This document shows, in pieces, positions 57,555-64,000 of a stretch of DNA of 64,000 nt (position 1 is its first letter; every line of letters begins with the position of its first letter). The DNA is from a virus, in IMG/VR virus record IMGVR_UViG_3300025011_000027, positions 1 to 64,000 of that record; one strand, given 5' to 3'. The notes under the pieces are model-generated. The model was not told the DNA's origin. It made no database searches and worked only from the letters and a program-made list of their open reading frames with translations. The translations under genes were made by a program, and so were the position numbers.

Positions 57555-59225
57555 TCATTCATCGTCTAGTATCTCAAACAGTAGTATCTTAGCACCTTCA
57601 TTCTTCTTCAGTGCGTTATCACTTGGTTTCTTTTCTGGAGTTGCAGCTTTCTTTTTGTCTTGAGCAGTAGGCTTAGAGTCTTTCCCCTCTTTGCCTACCG
57701 CCTTCGACGCACCATCTTTTCCTTGTCCCTTAGAAGACTTAGGATCACCGCCTCCCGCGTCTTGCTCGGCCGTAGCCTGTTCTTGAGCTAGTGACGCTGA
57801 CATTGCTGACATATACACGGTGCTATCTGGAACGTCTCCGAACTCTAGATCTCCTTCTAATCCCATGGAGCGTCGAGATTCGTTAAACGTCATACCAGCT
57901 TTAAGTTGTTTACTAATCAATTCTATTCGTCGATCTTCGTCGGCAAGGTCTGTATCATATATCATAACTAAATCGTCATAACGAGGTTTAATGACTACTT
58001 TAGTTAACCAACTAGCATGTCCAAATATAATGCTCTCTAATCCCTCTTGCTTAGCGTCAGAAAGGATTTCATCTTCATTAGCTCCATTACCTATGCTCAT
58101 CCCACCGCTGGATCCTTTGTCAATTGTAAAGTTAACTATTGACGGGTGCGCTCTGAATGCTGCGGTCTTTAACTGAATAATAATCCTCAAGAATTCAGCA
58201 AATTGAACGTCTTTTGGAAGCTCTCTGATCTTAATTAACTCAGCTTTGAAATTCTCATCCGCAGGGATAACTGGCACACGTTGATAGTCTCCAGAACCAC
58301 TTTGGTCAAGTACTTGTCTTTGAAATGCTCCAAGTCCGATAGGGTCAACGTCACCATATAGAAATAGCATACTTTCAGGACTGTCTTGATTGAATAGTCC
58401 ATCATTATATGCCCAAGCATTCAACCACGTTTGTGTAGCCATAATAGACTGCTCTAGTGCCGACCCTGCTCCATATGCCCATCGGTCAATCTCGACACTT
58501 GGGTTGGTAATGTTTACGCTCATTTCTTCAGCGGTCCAGCATGCTACAGGTAAAGCGTCAATCACTTGAACATATGCGGCGTTAGTAACATCCAATCCAT
58601 AGGTCTTAAATATTCCTTCATACGATGCGCTTCTGGTGGTTTTGTTCTTCTTAGCAAAGTCCATCAGAACTTCGATAACAGGACGAATCGTAGTACCGTC
58701 CACAAGATGATAAGAGCAAGGTGCTCCAGTACGATCTTTAGTAATGACCATAGCCTTTCGATCATATGTAAGCTCTTGGTCTGTGCATACCGCGGCGAAG
58801 TCGATAAACCCATTTGGATGAATCATAGGATTGACGTTCTCTATGATCTTCTCAACCTCTTTACAACGGCGTATAACGTCCTCTGTGGGGCTATAGTTAG
58901 GGTCGGCGTGATTCTCGTTCACCACTCTATATCCGACCTGCTTACCAGGCACTACGACCTTCTTAGAGAGGTATTTAACTTGTGCTACTCTTGCCATAAT
59001 GATGATCTTATCTATTAGCGATTTCTCGCGTGATAATCTTAGTAAGTCGAACTGAATAGAGCTATTTGGTTTGTGGTATCCTGTTCCCGCCATGTCTCGT
59101 GCTTGTGAATACTGAGAGAAGAACTTACCTCTAGCTGCTTGCTTTTGAGCTTCTTCTTCCATTTTCTTGGCGAGCGTTACCCGCTCCGGAACGATTAGCC
59201 CATTGTATTGTGCCCACTCAGCCAT
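57555..59225 (-). CDS. Portal protein
   Basis: D.LTYD, VDGTTI, YVQVI, YG.S.LE, YN...F.Q, D.QF, TFNE.R. Confidence 0.9.
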   Translation of the reverse strand: MAEWAQYNGLIVPERVTLAKKMEEEAQKQAARGKFFSQYSQARDMAGTGYHKPNSSIQFDLLRLSREKSLIDKIIIMARVAQVKYLSKKVVVPGKQVGYRVVNENHADPNYSPTEDVIRRCKEVEKIIENVNPMIHPNGFIDFAAVCTDQELTYDRKAMVITKDRTGAPCSYHLVDGTTIRPVIEVLMDFAKKNKTTRSASYEGIFKTYGLDVTNAAYVQVIDALPVACWTAEEMSVNITNPSVEIDRWAYGAGSALEQSIMATQTWLNAWAYNDGLFNQDSPESMLFLYGDVDPIGLGAFQRQVLDQSGSGDYQRVPVIPADENFKAELIKIRELPKDVQFAEFLRIIIQLKTAAFRAHPSIVNFTIDKGSSGGMSIGNGANEDEILSDAKQEGLESIIFGHASWLTKVVIKPRYDDLVMIYDTDLADEDRRIELISKQLKAGMTFNESRRSMGLEGDLEFGDVPDSTVYMSAMSASLAQEQATAEQDAGGGDPKSSKGQGKDGASKAVGKEGKDSKPTAQDKKKAATPEKKPSDNALKKNEGAKILLFEILDDE

Positions 59226-59280
59226 AACGCTACGCCTCCTAAATTAAATATGTCTTATAAATGATATCAGAACTATGTAT

Positions 59281-59308
59281 AGTATAGCGGGTTTTCCCCA
59301 AGAGTCAA
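59281..59308 (-). promoter_or_regulatory. SigmaA-like promoter upstream of portal
   Basis: TTGACT-N16-TATACT, immediately after the ncRNA terminator. Confidence 0.45.
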
Positions 59309-59309
59309 C

Positions 59310-59351
59310 AAAAAGAGAACGCGGAGAGGGACCAACCAATCGCGTTCTCTT
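59310..59351 (-). terminator. Terminator closing the large ncRNA
   Basis: agagaacgcg-N18-cgcgttctct-tttt. Confidence 0.65.
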
Positions 59352-59968
59352 ATTTGGTATGATGTGTTGTTGAAGGCATCATACTATTTGTGCCAGAGCA
59401 GGTCGCCTACTACCCCTCTGACTTGCATCATACGTTTTGCTTCCTAAAAATACACTATATGTTGAGGGATAAAGAGTGCATAGACCTTCACTGTCGGGAA
59501 TTCTGCGGAAACTCCCACCCAATGTCTCTCAAAGTCTCTACACGAACTGAAAGATACATGCTAGTCCAACATTCAGTATACCACCTTCGTAGGTCTGATA
59601 GTCAGAGCTATGCAACATGATAACACACCACCTTATGATTCAATTAGTGTAAGCAATGCCACCTATACTTACGTACTCCCTCGAAGTGTCTTTATCACAC
59701 TTCTACACTAATGCTTTTCAGCATCCCAAAATTAACTATTTTTAAGAGATAAGCGAACCTGGATTCAGTTCCCAATTAGATTGGGCACCTCCATAGAGTT
59801 CGCTTCTATTTCTCTTGAATGCTTCTTACCCTCCCAGAATAAGCATTCGACACACTGCCCTCACTTTCAGATTCTTACTTGCAGTGCTTCCCTAGTTACT
59901 TAATCCTGGCTGTTAGTTCATCAGCGTACTCATTTACTCGCGGGCAATATTATCCGCCGCCACCAAGA
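59352..59968 (-). ncRNA. Large ornate structured RNA, ROOL-like (ROOL/GOLLD class)
   Basis: About 620 nt with no credible ORF and more than ten nested helices on the minus strand (gcactgc/gcagtgt, gaatgctt/aagcattc, aagcgaac/gttcgctt, gatgct-GAAA-agcatt, ttagtgtag/ttacactaa, agacct/aggtct, atgttg/caacat, gtcagag/ctctggc). Family name is from recalled motifs and size; boundaries approximate. Confidence 0.65.
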
Positions 59969-59970
59969 TG

Positions 59971-60225
59971 TTAGTCCAAACTCGTTCTGCGCTCACTGAG
60001 CTTCGGTTGTTTCTTACGGTGTACATTCTTACCGTCTTTACAATCGGGACACAAGCATGCTACCGCTCTGTGGCTGTGAGTGACTAATGAAGAGCCAAGG
60101 AAACGTAGTCCTTGGAGCGTTCGTTTACATTGATCGCACTGAAAGGGAAATAAAGTATCACACTCTTGCCAAACAATGTTTTGCTTTATTGGTGAACCTT
60201 TAAACCCATCAAACGCTCTAGCCAT
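59971..60225 (-). CDS. Small zinc-finger protein
   Basis: CDQC...CLCPDC. Confidence 0.55.
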   Translation of the reverse strand: MARAFDGFKGSPIKQNIVWQECDTLFPFQCDQCKRTLQGLRFLGSSLVTHSHRAVACLCPDCKDGKNVHRKKQPKLSERRTSLD

Positions 60226-60530
60226 CAGTTTTTACTTGGATCAAGCTTAGCGTTATCAAGCTCAATAAGAATAGCTCTTACCTGAGGATTAGTTTCTGCG
60301 GTTTTAATAAGGAGTGCATTCTGGTCAGCCATAAACTCAGCTTTAGCTTTTCGAACGTCTTCCTCAGTAACTACACCTGCCGACAATAAGAGGGTTAGAA
60401 TAAACTCCGATCCATCCCTCGATAGCATTTCTTCAGTGTAGTACATTTTGTTAGGATCTAACTGCTTAAGCTCTATGACTGCCGCGGCTGGTTTGTTTCT
60501 GAACTGACTTAAATCAGGAATTTTGCTCAT
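60225..60530 (-). CDS. Hypothetical protein
   Basis: RBS; coupled stop/start. Confidence 0.6.
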   Translation of the reverse strand: MSKIPDLSQFRNKPAAAVIELKQLDPNKMYYTEEMLSRDGSEFILTLLLSAGVVTEEDVRKAKAEFMADQNALLIKTAETNPQVRAILIELDNAKLDPSKN

Positions 60531-60659
60531 TTGAGTTCCTCTTCTCTAACTAAACGTCATAAAATCTTCTGAGAGCTTACGTGCGGCGCTGTGCGGCATT
60601 TTGATGTTCTTTATGTGCAAATACTTCCCGCGCATGCGCTGACTCGTTACGGGCTAAAT

Positions 60660-60890
60660 CTACATGATCCTATTTCTACTTTTGTACTGCATATATAGAA
60701 ATTCAATGATAGCGTAACCAAATCCACCTAATATCACTAAAATTAAGAGTGGGATAGCTACTTGGATTCCCATACTGAAAGTTAAACAGACAAATGATAC
60801 GACTAGCCAAAATAAGAATTTAAGTGCTTTCATAGTGTTGCGCCTTCCTTCTTTAGTTTTACATATTATAACATAAGGAAAGCGCACCAT
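60660..60890 (-). CDS. Small membrane protein (likely start MKALK)
   Basis: Two hydrophobic segments. Confidence 0.55.
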   Translation of the reverse strand: MVRFPYVIICKTKEGRRNTMKALKFLFWLVVSFVCLTFSMGIQVAIPLLILVILGGFGYAIIEFLYMQYKSRNRIM

Positions 60891-61077
60891 ACTATCCTTA
60901 GTTTTTAACGATTACGCTTCCGTGATGCTTTGGCAACTTTGTTCGCGCGGTTACGTTTTGCACGATACCTAAATAGTTTGAAATCCTCTTCATTTAGAGG
61001 AAAGTCTCTGCGCTCTTGACTTGGCATCATAGCTGCTAGAATCTCATCTGGTAAACCACTTCCGTACGACAAATTGA

Positions 61078-61344
61078 TCACTCTCTTTCTAATCTTTTTA
61101 AGAACTTATCACGAACTAAGATCATTCCCATAGCCATTTGGGGATTAACTTTTCTCGCATATTGAAGCTCTTCATTTATGTCCGCAAGAAAAGCCTTTAT
61201 TCGTTGATCATCAGACAGTCGTGATGGTTCTTCGTTTCCGCATACGGAACAGACATGTACCATGATAATCGAATCAGGCATATTATCCCCTCCTTGACTG
61301 AATGACTTTATCTGTAACCCGTTGAGCTGCAATCTTGAATGCAA
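61078..61344 (-). CDS. Hypothetical protein (likely start MPDS)
   Basis: AGGAGGGG RBS before the internal ATG; CSVC. Confidence 0.55.
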   Translation of the reverse strand: MHSRLQLNGLQIKSFSQGGDNMPDSIIMVHVCSVCGNEEPSRLSDDQRIKAFLADINEELQYARKVNPQMAMGMILVRDKFLKRLERE

Positions 61345-61380
61345 AGAATAGGATAAGATATCCCAGTGTTGCCATAATAC

Positions 61381-61776
61381 TTACCTCCCCGCATTAGAAT
61401 TTTTACGACCATTGGGAGATTTAACTATGTACACGCAACCGCACTCTAAGCATGTTACGCTTACTAGGTCATGGTCTTGACTAAGGTTTTCCTTTTCTGT
61501 TCGTAAATATCTTGCCGCAGATGTTTCAGCATAACAAGTAGGACAGCTTGAAGTAATTTGAGAGGATTCGATACTGATAATTGGTAAGTCGCCATGATAG
61601 GAAAGGATACGCACTGAGTAACTAAATATCTGAAGTCTCTCGACATTGTACTTCTTGATGATATGAGCTATCCAGTGCATTAAATCGTTTCTGCTACACT
61701 TTCCATGAGCGTAATAGCTGATTAGGTTATGGATGTGAGTACGATCTTCGAGGGTAGGGAATTGAAGAACTGGCAT
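61381..61776 (-). CDS. Zinc-ribbon protein
   Basis: CPTC...CLECG; AGGAGG RBS. Confidence 0.65.
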   Translation of the reverse strand: MPVLQFPTLEDRTHIHNLISYYAHGKCSRNDLMHWIAHIIKKYNVERLQIFSYSVRILSYHGDLPIISIESSQITSSCPTCYAETSAARYLRTEKENLSQDHDLVSVTCLECGCVYIVKSPNGRKNSNAGR

Positions 61777-61803
61777 GTTATCACACCTCCTAACCTTATT
61801 TAG

Positions 61804-62541
61804 TTACTCGATTATACCGATGCTCTTGAACTTACCTTCATTGTCAAAACTATAGTAAGTCGCGTAACCCACTAAACCGACAGTTTTTGGCTCCTTGTTA
61901 ACAATGTTAATGAAGATGACTGGTTCTTTAACATCATTGAGGTCTTCACCGAAAGGCACTTCGAATTCACTGAACATGGTTTTAACTCTCACATAGTCTG
62001 TATCCGCTGCGAACTCAGGAGCAACATAAGCTGGAGCGTCTTCTTTCTCCTCAGCGTCAGTGGTATTGAATAGCCCGCACTCGCTTTTCTTATCGCATGT
62101 ATCGCAACCTTTGGCCTCTTGCATGAGCTTAAACGCTCTACCGGCAACATCATACAGAACGCAGTGGATAACATTGTCGCCGCCTTCAGCTAACCCATAT
62201 CCAACATCTTCAATCTTGACTTCGCACGTTGCAACATCATAACCGCAAGTGTCACAAAGGTTGGTCCTGTAAGCGTCAACTTCATAATCCTGCAGGAGAA
62301 CTTCGCTGAGCTTCAATTCTTCGCCACGCTCAAGCTTTAAGACTTTCCACATTATGCCTATTGGATGATTGAGCACCTCAGCGGTTAGGTCATGCATAAC
62401 GCAACCAATCACGTTCTCACTTGGGCCATAAGTTACATCTTCAGGCTTCACGATGCAGTTTAACCCCTTAACCATTGTACAGGAATCACAAAGGTGGATG
62501 GGTTTCTCACCAGCGGTATCTTTCTCAGTTTTCTCGTTCAT
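61804..62541 (-). CDS. Cys-rich protein with duplicated LCD[ST]C...YG...NVIxC motif
   Basis: HLCDSC..EDVTYG..ENVIGC and NLCDTC..EDVGYG..DNVIHC. Confidence 0.7.
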   Translation of the reverse strand: MNEKTEKDTAGEKPIHLCDSCTMVKGLNCIVKPEDVTYGPSENVIGCVMHDLTAEVLNHPIGIMWKVLKLERGEELKLSEVLLQDYEVDAYRTNLCDTCGYDVATCEVKIEDVGYGLAEGGDNVIHCVLYDVAGRAFKLMQEAKGCDTCDKKSECGLFNTTDAEEKEDAPAYVAPEFAADTDYVRVKTMFSEFEVPFGEDLNDVKEPVIFINIVNKEPKTVGLVGYATYYSFDNEGKFKSIGIIE

Positions 62542-62576
62542 TTAGTGGTCAACTCGCTTTCTTTCTTAGATGCTTA

Positions 62577-62606
62577 ATATATAACAAGATCATCGAATTT
62601 TTTAAG
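62577..62606 (-). promoter_or_regulatory. Phage promoter (copy 8)
   Basis: CTTAAAAA-N15-TATATAT. Confidence 0.75.
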
Positions 62607-62609
62607 TGA

Positions 62610-63110
62610 CTAAAAGTTTGTTTTAATGAAGTCGATTAAGGACTGAATATCTTCATTAAGACGCTTGTTTCGTGACGCTATCACCATCGCATACCCGTCT
62701 TCTGACTCATCTTTGCTACAATTGATGGTATAGTTATATCCTTCAATCTGGTGTCCAATGGTATCAAGCAACTTAAACAGAGGAGCATTAAGTGTATGAT
62801 CTGTCAGTAAGGGAACATCTTTAACCAGTTCGACTTTGCTTCTGTCTTCAGCAATAGCCCTACCTAACTTCTTGTTAAGCTCTTGCTGGATTAAAGGGCT
62901 TGGGCAAGATAGTAAATTAACTACGTGGCGACAACCCTCATTCATAATTTTACCTATGATAGCATCTTTCATATCATGAGTATAGAATGCAGGATCAGTA
63001 AACACTTTGTCCATTGCAGGACACTTAGCGCACCTTCTCAATTTCTCATCTTGCGCGGTTATTTCAGAATAAGTTTTAAGACCAAACTTCCAAGCATTTT
63101 TCTCTTTCAT
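62610..63110 (-). CDS. Hypothetical protein, paralogue of 63154-63498
   Basis: CAKC...II.K...GC......CPS.L. Confidence 0.65.
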   Translation of the reverse strand: MKEKNAWKFGLKTYSEITAQDEKLRRCAKCPAMDKVFTDPAFYTHDMKDAIIGKIMNEGCRHVVNLLSCPSPLIQQELNKKLGRAIAEDRSKVELVKDVPLLTDHTLNAPLFKLLDTIGHQIEGYNYTINCSKDESEDGYAMVIASRNKRLNEDIQSLIDFIKTNF

Positions 63111-63153
63111 TAGTTTAATAGCCTCCTTTAGTTTTTAAAGTTATTCACCCTCT

Positions 63154-63498
63154 TTAGGCAGGTTCCCAGCAACTCATTTCTTCTTCCATTGTTGAAATAA
63201 GATCGTCGATAGTTTCAATAGGTTCGTCGTTGCCTGTAAAGGCTTCGAACTCTTGACGCAATACACCAACTTGGTTGTACATTTCAAGTAGATCAAGTAA
63301 GCGCATGAGCTTCGTATTGTCTACCTTAGGAGGCAATAGATCTTCTTTTGCAAGAGTGCTTGGACATATCTCCATCCCGTATCCTTTGTAGCAACCAGTC
63401 TTCCGTAGCTTGTCGATGATGATTACTTTATGCTCTTCAGTGTGGTCCTCTTTCAGTGCTATGCACTTTGCACAACCTACTTTGATTTCATTCTCCAT
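63154..63498 (-). CDS. Hypothetical protein, paralogue of 62610-63110
   Basis: CAKC...IIDK...GC......CPS.L. Confidence 0.65.
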   Translation of the reverse strand: MENEIKVGCAKCIALKEDHTEEHKVIIIDKLRKTGCYKGYGMEICPSTLAKEDLLPPKVDNTKLMRLLDLLEMYNQVGVLRQEFEAFTGNDEPIETIDDLISTMEEEMSCWEPA

Positions 63499-63636
63499 TA
63501 ACCATCACTCGCTTTCTTTCTTAACTCCATGTGGTCTAGTATTCCCACATATGCAACCGCGGCTGTGAATGCAATTAAAAATGATACAATGACTATCGTT
63601 AACATAAAAAACTCCCTTCATTTGCTATCTGAATAG

Positions 63637-63666
63637 ATATATAACAAATGAGGAGAATTTTTTAAG
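63637..63666 (-). promoter_or_regulatory. Phage promoter (copy 9)
   Basis: CTTAAAAA-N15-TATATAT. Confidence 0.75.
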
Positions 63667-63668
63667 TG

Positions 63669-63890
63669 CTATTTGATATAGCCTAACTCATCCACTAACC
63701 CGCGCTTATCCAATTCATCATAAATTGCTCTACTCTCTATGCCTGTGTACTCGTTAGACATCCCACAACTTTGATCCATCTGTAACGCATCATGACCAGT
63801 TTTAAGGAACTCATTAGTGGCGGTTGGTATCATCTTCAGTATGTTCTCGTGTCGTTGCTTTCTACGCTTCTTAAATCCAAATAGATCCAC
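63669..63890 (-). CDS. Hypothetical protein
   Basis: ORF with RBS. Confidence 0.5.
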   Translation of the reverse strand: MDLFGFKKRRKQRHENILKMIPTATNEFLKTGHDALQMDQSCGMSNEYTGIESRAIYDELDKRGLVDELGYIK

Positions 63891-64000
63891 TATCCTCTAT
63901 AACTCCCTTCATTATCAAATATAGGTAGAAAAGAAGTCTCTCTTACAAATTCGGGATACTCTCTCATGGTAAACCTGCATCCTGGATCGTAGAACCAACC

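Noticed and set aside
59390-59620. 76-aa plus-strand ORF in the ncRNA region
   Set aside because: It runs opposite to all other genes, has no RBS and an implausible composition; RNA structure explains the region better.
59738-59746. CTTAAAAA inside the ncRNA as a tenth phage promoter
   Set aside because: There is no TATATAT at the fixed spacing.
2162-63113. Plus-strand ORFs and short nested minus-strand ORFs in the ORF track
   Set aside because: They are antisense or off-frame shadows of well-supported minus-strand genes, with no motifs or RBS.
1-64000. tRNA genes, CRISPR arrays, DGR/retron reverse transcriptase, terminase
   Set aside because: No cloverleaf, repeat-spacer array, RT motif or terminase ATPase was recognised by eye; tRNAscan-SE would be needed to exclude tRNAs formally.

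Overview
This is a 64 kb segment of a Firmicutes (probably Clostridia/Peptococcaceae-type host) myovirus, with essentially all real genes on the minus strand. In transcription order (right to left) it carries: small early/accessory genes; a ~620-nt highly structured non-coding RNA resembling ROOL/GOLLD large phage RNAs directly upstream of the portal gene; a head module (portal, MuF, prohead protease, scaffold, capsid); an array of putative virion-packaged effectors inside the head module (a HipA/PI3K-like kinase and three R-S-E ADP-ribosyltransferase domains with repeated leader peptides and [LVF]-x-K protease-like sites); a contractile tail and baseplate module with a +1 frameshifted tail chaperone; tail fibres; a damaged tyrosine recombinase; lysis genes; an orphan ParA; a replication module (SNF2 helicase, RepA_N initiator split at a slippery site, RNase H, DnaC, DnaB, primase, phage sigma factor, SSB, and PolA interrupted by a group I intron encoding a GIY-YIG endonuclease); and a complete 7-deazaguanine (preQ1) DNA-modification cluster (queC, queD, queE, folE, queF, dpdA-like) with a helicase-methyltransferase-HNH insert. 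Nine copies of a fixed-spacing 30-bp phage promoter motif were found, five of them built into terminator-like hairpins. No terminase, tRNA or CRISPR array was seen. All assignments come from reading motifs by eye; no database searches were run.
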